From positions 16,993-80,992 of the forward strand of contig CANQJS010000002.1 in assembly GCA_947624285.1 (NCBI GenBank): a stretch of DNA of 64,000 nucleotides. The letters run 5' to 3'. This DNA comes from an uncultured Clostridia bacterium (GTDB taxonomy: Bacteria; Bacillota; Clostridia; Oscillospirales; Acutalibacteraceae). Within the stretch, counting starts at the first letter, position 1. Each line of letters begins with the position of its first letter. The notes under the pieces were generated by a model. That model did no database searches and was not told where the DNA came from. It was given only the letters and a program-made list of their open reading frames with translations. Of this stretch, positions 38,111 to 47,171 are shown piece after piece. The translations under genes were made by a program, and so were the position numbers.

Positions 38111-39388
38111 CTATTTTTTTGTTTCCCAAGTCTGATTAATGCGCATTGCAATTGCACGGTTGCATAAATGAACAAGATCATCATTCATATTAACTATAGA
38201 AATTAATTGATTAAATTTGATCGATCCCAATTCAACACACATTTTAGCAATGAATTCATCTATAAAAGAAGAGCCCACCATTATTACATCTGTAAAATCA
38301 AGTATTATTGGTTTACCTGTTCTTTTGATAATGTTTAAAACATCTGTTTTTAAAGCTTTTCCTGAAGGACGGGTTCCAAAATCTTCCGCATACTCAATAA
38401 CTTTATATTTTAGCCAATCATTATTAAGTTGCTTCATATCTTCAATTCTTATATCAAAATCTTCAAATTCACCCATACTGCGCAACGCTTTTTTAATATC
38501 GGTTTTATTCCCGAGTTCAAGCTGAAAATCAACAGTAGTACTTTTATGATTAATATCAACTATTGGATTATTAGACCAGAATTTTTCGTCATTATTGTTA
38601 AACATTAATGTGGAATTTCCTGTTGAAATAGCTAATCTTCCGCCATTTTCCTTGATGATTTGTGAAAGTCCATATAAGCCGTTTCCTTGGCCTTGACCAT
38701 CTCCAACACCTTCTTGCATAGCTAATCGGATTGCTTCAATTTCATTTTCGGTATCCAAATTACCATTAGATAATGACGCTTGAATTCCGATTCCGCAATC
38801 GTAAACACAAATAGCAATAAGATTAGTTTTCTTATGATATTGTGCCATAACATAACCTCTATTGCTTTGACTATGTAGTAATACATTATCTAATATCTCG
38901 TAAACGCACCACATCATACCCTTTAAAACACCATCTTCGCATATGGTGGTTCTGCTTAGTTTGTCAACGAAAGCTTGGTTAATTGCAGCCGCTTGAGGAC
39001 ATCCATTATTGTCTGATTCATACATGAAAATCTTATTAAATGGATTTCTGATTTTATTTATTTCGTCAACACTTAAATTAAGAGGATCTTTAAAACAGCA
39101 GCGTGTTAAATAAGGATTATTTTTTATAACAACATTTATATCTATTTTGTATATTTCTCTATATTCTTGTATTAATGCGGCAATGGGCACACAAGCATCC
39201 GGAAATATTTGCTCTTGAGCACAAAGGCACCTGATTTCTATAGTTTTTATATCAACAGAATCTCTGCTTATATATCGTATAGCCTTTTGCATACAACGAA
39301 TAAAGTCAGATACGCAAAACTGATTTTCCATTTTATGAATTGTTATAATATTTTTATTTATATCAACATTTTGTTTAGATTTTGACAT
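38111..39388 (-). CDS. GHKL/HATPase-like ATPase fused to a C-terminal STAS-like (DUF4325) domain
   Basis: 'EILDNVLLHS', 'DCGIGI', 'GQGNGL'; C-terminal 'FGTRPSG...ILDFTDVIMVGSSFIDE'; very AT-rich. Confidence 0.85.
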   Translation of the reverse strand: MSKSKQNVDINKNIITIHKMENQFCVSDFIRCMQKAIRYISRDSVDIKTIEIRCLCAQEQIFPDACVPIAALIQEYREIYKIDINVVIKNNPYLTRCCFKDPLNLSVDEINKIRNPFNKIFMYESDNNGCPQAAAINQAFVDKLSRTTICEDGVLKGMMWCVYEILDNVLLHSQSNRGYVMAQYHKKTNLIAICVYDCGIGIQASLSNGNLDTENEIEAIRLAMQEGVGDGQGQGNGLYGLSQIIKENGGRLAISTGNSTLMFNNNDEKFWSNNPIVDINHKSTTVDFQLELGNKTDIKKALRSMGEFEDFDIRIEDMKQLNNDWLKYKVIEYAEDFGTRPSGKALKTDVLNIIKRTGKPIILDFTDVIMVGSSFIDEFIAKMCVELGSIKFNQLISIVNMNDDLVHLCNRAIAMRINQTWETKK

Positions 39389-39595
39389 ATTAACCCCTTT
39401 ATTGTTATTTGATTTAATGATAGCATTATTTTAATATTAAATCAATTATAATACAATTCCGCTGTTTCAAAATGTTGAACTTTTCTTATGGACTTCGTAA
39501 GGATGTGTTATTATGTTTATAATAAGGCCCCAAATATTCTTTTGTTATCAACAGCGATAACAAGATAACACGGATATACATTCATGCAAAATCAG

Positions 39596-39623
39596 CGGCG
39601 GCGGGGATTTCTCCCCGCCGCCG
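39596..39623. repeat. Junction palindrome, copy B (loop inverted, TTTC)
   Basis: CGGCGGCGGGGA-TTTC-TCCCCGCCGCCG. Confidence 0.9.
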
Positions 39624-39726
39624 GAGCGTATAATTTTTGCCAAAAACCGCCTGCTCCCGTTGAGGAACAGACGGCAATTTTTTATGTGATTTTGAAACCC
39701 GCGAAAGCGGCATAAATATGTGAATT

Positions 39727-41169
39727 TTAATGCTTATCCAAGCACAAGTCGCCTCGCGCGGAAAGGCGTTTTTTGTTTTCTCCCGCCGACAACTGCCTGT
39801 ATGTCGCCGCAATGATCAATGCGGAAATAACGGCGGTCAAAATATCGGAGAGAGGCATGGAATACAGCACACCGTCCAGCCCGAAAAACATCGGCAAAAG
39901 GAGCGCGAAACCAACGCCGAACACGATCTCGCGTATCATTGAAAGCATGGTCGATGCGACCGCCTTTCCCATCGCCTGAAGAAAAATAAATGTCGCCTTA
40001 TTAAGGCAGGCAAAAACTATCATACAAAGATAAATCCGAAACGCCTTGACGGCAAAATCCGTATAATAAACGCTCTCGTTTGCCGAGCCGAAAATACCTA
40101 TCAGCTGACGCGGCAAAAATTCCACAACGAGCATGGCGATAATGCCGACGGCAGCCTCGCAGACAAGCAGCAGTGAAAAGAGGCTTTTTACCCGCCCGCG
40201 GCGGTTTGCGCCCATATTGTACCCCACAACAGGAATACACCCCGCCGCCATACCGATAACGACGGAAATTACGATTTGAAACACTTTCATTACGATCCCG
40301 ACGACTGCCATGGGGATCTGAGCGTAGGCGGCCTGCCCGAAAACGGGATCCTGCGCACCGTATTTACGAATCATATTGTTGATCGCAGCCATAGCCGCCA
40401 CCAAAGAAATCTGCGAAAGAAAGCTGCATATTCCGAGTGAAAGCGTGCGCCCCGCAATTTTGCTGTTCCAACGAAAATCACGCCCCGATAATTTAACGGA
40501 CTTTATATGCAGAAGATACCAAAGGGAAAGCAGAGCCGTTGCGATTTGACCGATCACCGTTGCCACTGCCGCGCCCATCATTCCCCAATGAAACAAAAAG
40601 ATGAATATCGGATCGAGAATAATGTTGAGAATCGCTCCGAAAAGGGTGGAGATCATTGCGAATTTCGGACTTCCGTCCGCACGGATTACGGGATTCATCG
40701 CCTGACCGAACATATAAAACGGAATACCGATTGAAATATAGAAGAAATATTCTTTTGAAAGCGAAAAGGTCTCCTCGTTGACTGTTCCGCCGAACAGCGT
40801 GATGATAGGCGTGGAAAAAATCAAATACAACGCGGAGAGAAAGACGCTGCTTATAACCGTCATCAAAACCGAAAGCCCGATGCTGTTTGCGGCGGCCTTT
40901 TTATTCCCTTTTCCGAGATTCAAGCTGACAAAAGCGCAGCAGCCGTCCCCGATCATAACAGCGATAGCAAGCGCAATGACCGTAAGGGGAAACACCACCG
41001 TGTTTGCGGCGTTGCCGTAGGAGCCGAGATAGCTTGCGTTTGCAATAAAGATTTGATCGACTATATTGTAAAGCGCGCCTACAAGCAGTGAAATTATACA
41101 TGGCACGGAATACTTGCCCATAAGTTTGCCCACTCTTTCCGTGGCAAGATAAGATTGATTTTTTTCCAT
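39727..41169 (-). CDS. MATE efflux transporter (MepA-like), copy 2
   Basis: Differs from copy 1 by only a handful of residues. Confidence 0.95.
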   Translation of the reverse strand: MEKNQSYLATERVGKLMGKYSVPCIISLLVGALYNIVDQIFIANASYLGSYGNAANTVVFPLTVIALAIAVMIGDGCCAFVSLNLGKGNKKAAANSIGLSVLMTVISSVFLSALYLIFSTPIITLFGGTVNEETFSLSKEYFFYISIGIPFYMFGQAMNPVIRADGSPKFAMISTLFGAILNIILDPIFIFLFHWGMMGAAVATVIGQIATALLSLWYLLHIKSVKLSGRDFRWNSKIAGRTLSLGICSFLSQISLVAAMAAINNMIRKYGAQDPVFGQAAYAQIPMAVVGIVMKVFQIVISVVIGMAAGCIPVVGYNMGANRRGRVKSLFSLLLVCEAAVGIIAMLVVEFLPRQLIGIFGSANESVYYTDFAVKAFRIYLCMIVFACLNKATFIFLQAMGKAVASTMLSMIREIVFGVGFALLLPMFFGLDGVLYSMPLSDILTAVISALIIAATYRQLSAGENKKRLSARGDLCLDKH

Positions 41170-41488
41170 ATAGCAACCTCCCATAAACATAAAAACGGCG
41201 CAAGCCCCAAAGTTGGACTTACGCCGTTTCAGCTACACACTGATGATAATTATATCAGATATTTTTCTTTTTTCAAAGGCAATTCTGCACAAAAATTATA
41301 CGGATAAGGCAAAGAAAAAATAATCAAAAAACGCAATGCGGAATATATAAATACCGCTTTCTGCCGATAGCAATAACGCAGCTTTCGGATTTCCAAAACG
41401 GTTTTTGATAAGCATTTGATAGTAAACTGAAACGGCGGCAGGGATAAGTCCTTGTCGCTGAAATTATATCAATAAGTGTATTTTAGAT

Positions 41489-41526
41489 ATATAAGTGTTG
41501 TAAATGCAATACTTATATGCTATACT
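41489..41526 (+). promoter_or_regulatory. R-M2 MTase-operon promoter overlapped by a palindrome
   Basis: TTGTAA-17 bp-TATACT overlapping ATATAAGTGTTG-N6-CAATACTTATAT. Confidence 0.7.
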
Positions 41527-41547
41527 TGCAATAAAGGGAGTGATAAT

Positions 41548-41763
41548 ATGGCTTTTACATATAAACCGCTTTGGAAGTTACTGATTGATAAAGAAATGAG
41601 CAAGAAACAACTTATGGAAAAAACAAGCATTTCAAAATCCACTATGGATAAAATGGGAAGAAATGAAAAGGTATCAATGGAAATTCTTGACAGACTATGT
41701 TCTTATTTTTCTTGCGAAATTTCTGATATTGTCGAACACATTAATGAGGTGGAAATGCCATGA
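41548..41763 (+). CDS. Cro/C1-type HTH (HTH_26) regulator
   Basis: 'MAFTYKPLWKLLIDKEMSKKQL...GRNEKVSMEILDRLC..F.CEISDIVE'. Confidence 0.9.
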   Translation: MAFTYKPLWKLLIDKEMSKKQLMEKTSISKSTMDKMGRNEKVSMEILDRLCSYFSCEISDIVEHINEVEMP

Positions 41764-42764
41764 ATTATATAGGCTCTAAATATTCACTTCTTGATTTTAT
41801 ACATAAAACAATTTCTGATGTCACGGGATATATTCCCGGTGATAAATTTGTCTTTGCCGATTTGTTTGCCGGAACAGGCGTTGTAGGGGCAAGTTACAGA
41901 AAAGAAGGCTGTATTGTTATCTCAAATGACATTCAATATTATAGTTATGTCATAAATAAATACTATATTGAAGGCTCTGAAAATGTAGATGTTTCATTGA
42001 TTAACAAATTGAATTCTTTGGATGGATCAGAAGGCTTTGTTTTTAATAATTATTGTGCGGGTTCAAATTGCGGAAGAAATTATTTTACCGATGAAAACGG
42101 GAAAAAGTGCGACGCGATAAGAATCAAAATAGAAGAATGGTATAATCAAAATAAGATATCCGAAGAAATTTATTTTGCCCTTTTAGCCAGTTTAGTAAAT
42201 TCAATCGATAAATATGCTAATACGGCATCGGTTTACGGAGCTTTCCTTAAACATATAAAAAAATCGGCACAAAATCAATTCCGGTTAGAACTTCTGCCCC
42301 GCGTAGAGGGGGCTAAAGGAAATGTTTATAATGAAGATATAAATCAACTGATAAAAAAGGTAAGCGGAGATGTTCTTTATCTCGATCCTCCTTACAATGC
42401 AAGACAGTATTGCTCGAATTACCATGTCCTTGAAACTATAGCGAGATATGATAATCCAAAACTAAAAGGAAAAACCGGACTTCGGGAAGTAAATGATCAA
42501 AAGAGTAAATATTGCTCTAAGAAAACATTGGAAAGTGAATTTGAAGATTTAATTGCGAACGCAAAATTCAAATATATTTTCTTGAGTTATAATAACGAAG
42601 GCTTGATGGATGTTGAAACGATAAAGAATATTATGTCTAAATACGGCATTTATAAATGTTTTACGCAGTCTTACAAACGCTTTAAGGCGGACAAAGACGA
42701 AAACAGGAATATTTCCGGAAACGAAACAACGGAGTATTTACACTGTTTAATTAGGGAGTGTTAA
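41760..42764 (+). CDS. DNA adenine methyltransferase, M.NlaIII/M.HpyI-like (probably CATG)
   Basis: 'MNYIGSKY', 'DLFAGTGVVG', 'ANTASVYGAFLKH', 'YLDPPYNARQY', 'FLSYNNEGLM' recalled from M.HpyI. Confidence 0.9.
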   Translation: MNYIGSKYSLLDFIHKTISDVTGYIPGDKFVFADLFAGTGVVGASYRKEGCIVISNDIQYYSYVINKYYIEGSENVDVSLINKLNSLDGSEGFVFNNYCAGSNCGRNYFTDENGKKCDAIRIKIEEWYNQNKISEEIYFALLASLVNSIDKYANTASVYGAFLKHIKKSAQNQFRLELLPRVEGAKGNVYNEDINQLIKKVSGDVLYLDPPYNARQYCSNYHVLETIARYDNPKLKGKTGLREVNDQKSKYCSKKTLESEFEDLIANAKFKYIFLSYNNEGLMDVETIKNIMSKYGIYKCFTQSYKRFKADKDENRNISGNETTEYLHCLIREC

Positions 42765-42765
42765 A

Positions 42766-43554
42766 ATGGGCAGATACAATGATTTGGATTTGTCTAAATG
42801 GAAAGAATATACTGATATTGAAACCGATTCTTTATGGATAGTTGATAAAAGGGATAACAGCGGCGCTCACAGCGGACATTATCATGGGAATTTTGTTCCT
42901 CAAATCCCGCATCAATTATTTTCAAGATATACCAAAAAGGGAGACTGGATTTTGGATCCTTTTATGGGCAGCGGCACTTCGGTTATTGAAGCGCAACGAA
43001 TGGGACGCAACTCAGTCGGTATTGAAGTTCAACGCGATGTTGCAAAGGAGGCTTACGATAGGATTGTCACAGAAAAAAACGACTCTACAAGAGCCAAAGT
43101 TATAGTCGCGGACAGTCGAACATGCGAAATGAATAAAATTTTAGAGGCTGAAGGAATAGATAAAGTTCAGTTTGTAATAATGCATCCTCCATACTGGGAT
43201 ATAATAAAATTTTCTGATAATCCTAATGATTTATCAAATTGTAACAGTATTGATGAATTTTTGAATTCTTTCGGCAAAGTGGTTGATAATTCAATAAATG
43301 TTTTGGAAAAAAATAGATATTGTGCAGTTGTTATTGGTGATAAGTATGCAAACAGTCAAGTTATTCCTTTGGGCTTTTATTGCATGAATTTAATGATGGA
43401 AAAAGGGTTGCTCTTAAAAGCTGTTTTGGTCAAAAATTTTGGTGAAACTAAAGGGAAGTCAAATAAACAAGGAATATGGCGTTATAGAGCGCTGGCAAGC
43501 GATTTCTACATATTTAAGCATGAATACATTTTTGTATTTAAAAAGGTAAAGTGA
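42766..43554 (+). CDS. Second amino (N4/N6) DNA methyltransferase
   Basis: 'GNFVPQIP', 'LDPFMGSGT', 'HPPYW', 'HEYIFVFKK'. Confidence 0.88.
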   Translation: MGRYNDLDLSKWKEYTDIETDSLWIVDKRDNSGAHSGHYHGNFVPQIPHQLFSRYTKKGDWILDPFMGSGTSVIEAQRMGRNSVGIEVQRDVAKEAYDRIVTEKNDSTRAKVIVADSRTCEMNKILEAEGIDKVQFVIMHPPYWDIIKFSDNPNDLSNCNSIDEFLNSFGKVVDNSINVLEKNRYCAVVIGDKYANSQVIPLGFYCMNLMMEKGLLLKAVLVKNFGETKGKSNKQGIWRYRALASDFYIFKHEYIFVFKKVK

Positions 43555-43626
43555 GCAATGCCACTTTACCTATTATAAGTGATATTTAAATATTAGCTTA
43601 TTTACAATAAAACATAAGTATTCACA

Positions 43627-44235
43627 TCATTTCTCCATTAAATGCTTTCTGAATTCCAACGGATCATACCAGAAGCAACCTTCACAGGCATTTTCTTCAC
43701 CATTGTGATGTGCTCCACCCTTGTAATATGACATAGGATATCCTAATTTTTTGGCATCGTATCTTATTCCTGTTCGGATGCATTCTTTGCAAAATTGTCG
43801 TTTTGCATCATTGGCAGCTTTGCTCAACGGCTGAAAATCAGATAACTTTTGATTTTCATTTCGCATAACTCTATCTTCATTTTTCATACCATTTTTATGG
43901 TCAACCTCGGGATTTGATGTGCCTAACACAACACAACGCTGACTTTGGATTTGTTTTTTAATATCAGCCCTGATATGCTGTGAGTAATCACCATTATTAA
44001 ATCCAACGGTTCTTATTGCATCGGTTTTGTTTCCCGGAGTAATTGATTTGTCTCGCTCAATAATGTATTTTTTTCCAAATGTACCATCATCTCTTGACCA
44101 ACCGGCGCCGTTTAAAAGCTGCAGTCCTTGGTATTCACCTACAAACTCATCAACAGAAACCCATCTGCTACAGCCGTTTTCATCTATTCCAGCTAATTCT
44201 TCAAATAATTCTATTTTCGTTTTTCTTTTTGGCAT
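43627..44235 (-). CDS. IceA1/NlaIII-family HNH restriction endonuclease, R-M2
   Basis: 'IELFEELA..DENG.SRWV', 'TPGN..DAIR..GFN', 'EVDHKNG', 'DFQPL...ND.KRQ.C..C', 'C.GC..YDP'. Confidence 0.88.
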   Translation of the reverse strand: MPKRKTKIELFEELAGIDENGCSRWVSVDEFVGEYQGLQLLNGAGWSRDDGTFGKKYIIERDKSITPGNKTDAIRTVGFNNGDYSQHIRADIKKQIQSQRCVVLGTSNPEVDHKNGMKNEDRVMRNENQKLSDFQPLSKAANDAKRQFCKECIRTGIRYDAKKLGYPMSYYKGGAHHNGEENACEGCFWYDPLEFRKHLMEK

Positions 44236-44236
44236 T

Positions 44237-44449
44237 TTATTTTTCCTCCAAAAACAGCTTGTATGCTTCAATTCCAAGAGCATCGGCGATTCGTTGCACA
44301 TTTTCAAGGGCTATGCTACGGCGATAACACTCAATAGCACTAATATAAGTGCGATGCAATCCACATTTTTCGGCAAACGCTTCTTGAGATAGACCTAATT
44401 TGGTGCGGTATTTTTTTAAATTGCTACCGAAAACTTTAACAATATCCAT
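44237..44449 (-). CDS. R-M controller (C) protein, XRE HTH
   Basis: 'FGSNLKKYRTKLGLSQEAFAEKCGLHRTYISAIE...IALENVQRIADAL'; directly upstream of the REase. Confidence 0.9.
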   Translation of the reverse strand: MDIVKVFGSNLKKYRTKLGLSQEAFAEKCGLHRTYISAIECYRRSIALENVQRIADALGIEAYKLFLEEK

Positions 44450-44531
44450 ACTTGCAATCCTCCTAATTATATATTATAATAAGAATGAACACAAAAAGTC
44501 TACATACAATAAGTGACAGGGAGGACATCAT

Positions 44532-45347
44532 ATGAAGTTAAGAAATTTTCTATATTTAAATACAAATATAGTGGAAGAATATATTTCTGCTATTGAGGGC
44601 TATACATATGACGAAGAATCACAAGCTATAACATCGAGTAGTGAGAACTCTGTAAACGCTGGCTTAGGATTAAAGGCGGTTTCAGCGGGAGGAGCTCATA
44701 ATGGAAAACAATCTGAAGAAATTAAGCGTTCTGTTAAAATAAGCGATGCCGCAAAATTTGATAAGATCTACACTTATCTTCAATCAGGTGATGAAGAAGA
44801 AAAATTAAAATATTATGAGTTTCTATCCGAAGATATTTACAACGCATTGAGACGAGACGATTTTATTGAAGTGTTGGTAACAGCAAGGTTCTCAAAAACA
44901 AAAGAATTGATAGATGGCGTGAAAAAAATATCCGATTTAGTAACGCAAGTGCAAGGAATAACTGATCAAAAATTCCTTGGGAAGAAAGAAAGTGAAGCAA
45001 TCAATGGCTTTTCGGCCTTAGGAAAAATGAAGTCAGGTAAAGAAATATCTTGTGTTTTTAATTTTGATGATAGGAAATATCCTTTGGTTGCATACTTGGA
45101 TGAAAATTATTTCAGATGTGAACAGGATAATTTTATAGGACAATCCTATATGCTGTGCAAAATCATAAGAAAAATACCAAAAGGACAACATGTGAAGATC
45201 GATGAAATATTCGACGATATAAAAAAACTCCCTCTTAATCATGATCAAAGGCGGAAAATACTTAAAAACATGGATAACCCCGATATTATCAAGGATATTG
45301 TAAAGGGTCCAGCCATGATAGTTGTTCCGGTCGCTGTATATCAGTAA
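44532..45347 (+). CDS. DUF6414-like hypothetical protein
   Basis: 'NFLYLNTNIVEEYISAIEG' N-terminus and 'PVAVYQ' C-terminus pattern; RBS GGAGG. Confidence 0.7.
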   Translation: MKLRNFLYLNTNIVEEYISAIEGYTYDEESQAITSSSENSVNAGLGLKAVSAGGAHNGKQSEEIKRSVKISDAAKFDKIYTYLQSGDEEEKLKYYEFLSEDIYNALRRDDFIEVLVTARFSKTKELIDGVKKISDLVTQVQGITDQKFLGKKESEAINGFSALGKMKSGKEISCVFNFDDRKYPLVAYLDENYFRCEQDNFIGQSYMLCKIIRKIPKGQHVKIDEIFDDIKKLPLNHDQRRKILKNMDNPDIIKDIVKGPAMIVVPVAVYQ

Positions 45348-45412
45348 ATATTTGAAAACTATAAATTAGCCAAGACGATAATTAAATCTTTAAGTTTAGA
45401 AAGGGCAAGAAT

Positions 45413-45583
45413 ATGACAGAGCAAGAATTGAAAGCATTTGCAAAGTGGTGTTTAGACAATGGCAAACGAAAATTAACTAAAGAAGAAAAAGAGGCAATAA
45501 AGTCAGCCATTGATCAGGCAAATAGCCTAAATGAATTGCTGCAGGTCGTTTTTATAAGCTTAGTCATTGATTCAAATAGGTAA
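45413..45583 (+). CDS. 56-aa hypothetical protein (not in ORF track)
   Basis: RBS GAAAGGG; MTEQELKAFAKWCLDNGKRKLTKEEKEAIKSAIDQANSLNELLQVVFISLVIDSNR. Confidence 0.65.
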   Translation: MTEQELKAFAKWCLDNGKRKLTKEEKEAIKSAIDQANSLNELLQVVFISLVIDSNR

Positions 45584-45598
45584 TAAATGAAAAATTAG

Positions 45599-45626
45599 CG
45601 GCGGCGGGGAGAAATCCCCGCCGCCG
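45599..45626. repeat. Junction palindrome, copy C
   Basis: Identical to copy A and shares the upstream context ATG(A/C)AAAAT(T/C)AG. Confidence 0.9.
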
Positions 45627-45692
45627 GTTATTTGTAATTAAATAATTCTGTCATTTTGTTGCCTCAAAGGTATCGAAGCGGTTTATCGTTTA

Positions 45693-47171
45693 TTAAAACT
45701 TAAAAGGTAATTCGTTGGGATAAGGAATTTGCGCGGGACGATTATATGCAATATCCTTAACGCCCAAATATTTGAACACCTCAGAAAGTATTTTGCCGTA
45801 ATGGCCGAACGCGACCGCGCCGTGATGGGGGAAGCGCTTCGCGATAAGCACATTTCGGTAAAATCTGCCCATTTCGGGTATTGCGAAAACGCCTATGCCG
45901 CCGAATGATTTTGTGCGGACATCAAGCACTTCGCCCTGCGCGATATACGAACGCAAAACTCCCTCGCTGTCGCATTGCAATCTGAAAAACGTAATATCGC
46001 TTGGGGCAATATCCCCCTCGAGCGTGCCGCGGCTTATATCCGGCTCGCTGCCCTCCGGCTCAAGCACTCTGTGCTGAATAAGCTGATATTTTATCGCTCT
46101 GCCGCTGCACATTTTGCAGCTTGGCGTGTTGCCGCAATGGAAGCCCATAAATGTGTCCGTCAATTTATAATCGGTTGACGGCTTAATGTGCTTTTCGTAC
46201 ATATCCTTGGGAACGGAATTGTTGATATCGAGAATCGTGACGGCGTCAAGACTCGCGCACGCGCCTATGTATTCGCTCAAAGCGCCGTAAATATCAACTT
46301 CGCAGGCGATGGGTATGCCCTTTGATGCGAGACGGGAATTGACATAGCAAGGCTCAAAGCCGAATTGACTCGGAAACGCCGGCCAGCATTTGTTCGCGAA
46401 AGCGACATATTTTCTGCTGCCCTTGTGCTCCTCTGCCCAATCGAGCAGAGTCAGTTCATACTGCGCCATTCTCTCGTTAAGGTCGTGGTAGAAATTGCCG
46501 TCTCCCATTTCCTGCGCCATTTCTTTCATAACATCGGGGATCCTCGGATCTCCCTTATGCTTTTTATAGGACACAAGCAAATCAAGCTCGCTGTTTTCCT
46601 CGATCTCAACGCCCAATTCATAAAGCCCCTTTATGGGCGCGTTGCAGGCAAAGAAATCCTGCGGCCTCGGGCCGAAGGTGATAATTTTAAGATTTTTAAC
46701 TCCGATAACGGCTCTCGCAACAGGGATAAAATTCTTTATCATATCCGCGATCTCATCAGCCGTGCCCACGGGATAATCGGGTATATACGCGTTGAGATGG
46801 CGCATGCCCAAATTATACGAGCAGTTGAGCATTCCGCAATACGCGTCGCCCCTGCCGTTTATCAAATCGTTTTCGCTTTCCTCGGCGGCGGCAACGAACA
46901 TACAAGGGCCGTTAAAGTTCTTCGCGATAAGTGTTTCGGGCGTTTCCGGTCCGAAGTTGCCCAAAAATACTACAAGCGCGTTACAACCCGCTTTGCTTAC
47001 GTCCTCAACCGCCTTTTGCATATCGGTTTCGTTTTCGACCGTAACGGGGCACTCATAAAGCTCTCCCTTATACGCCTCCACGATAGCCTTGCGCCGTTTT
47101 TCGCTTAATTCAATGGGAAAACAATCGCGAGATACGGCAACAATGCCGAGCTTAACATTTGGGATATTCAT
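45693..47171 (-). CDS. FucI-like pentose isomerase (clostridial XylA-II type)
   Basis: 'VKLGIVAVSRDCFP', 'FGPETPE', 'FMGFHCGNT', 'FPHHGAV'; abuts the xylulokinase gene. Confidence 0.85.
   Translation of the reverse strand: MNIPNVKLGIVAVSRDCFPIELSEKRRKAIVEAYKGELYECPVTVENETDMQKAVEDVSKAGCNALVVFLGNFGPETPETLIAKNFNGPCMFVAAAEESENDLINGRGDAYCGMLNCSYNLGMRHLNAYIPDYPVGTADEIADMIKNFIPVARAVIGVKNLKIITFGPRPQDFFACNAPIKGLYELGVEIEENSELDLLVSYKKHKGDPRIPDVMKEMAQEMGDGNFYHDLNERMAQYELTLLDWAEEHKGSRKYVAFANKCWPAFPSQFGFEPCYVNSRLASKGIPIACEVDIYGALSEYIGACASLDAVTILDINNSVPKDMYEKHIKPSTDYKLTDTFMGFHCGNTPSCKMCSGRAIKYQLIQHRVLEPEGSEPDISRGTLEGDIAPSDITFFRLQCDSEGVLRSYIAQGEVLDVRTKSFGGIGVFAIPEMGRFYRNVLIAKRFPHHGAVAFGHYGKILSEVFKYLGVKDIAYNRPAQIPYPNELPFKF

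Larger units (their letters stand above)
39570..41460. repeat. ~1.9-kb direct repeat, copy 2
   Basis: See copy 1; offset ~6400 bp. Confidence 0.95.
27232..45626. mobile_element. Accessory/defence island at the guaA 3' end; no integrase seen; right boundary uncertain and may extend to ~54.7 kb
   Basis: Shift to AT-richer hypothetical and R-M genes right after guaA (a known integration hotspot), att-type hairpin 27247-27288, tandem TGCAACAC repeats 27305-27329. Confidence 0.6.
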
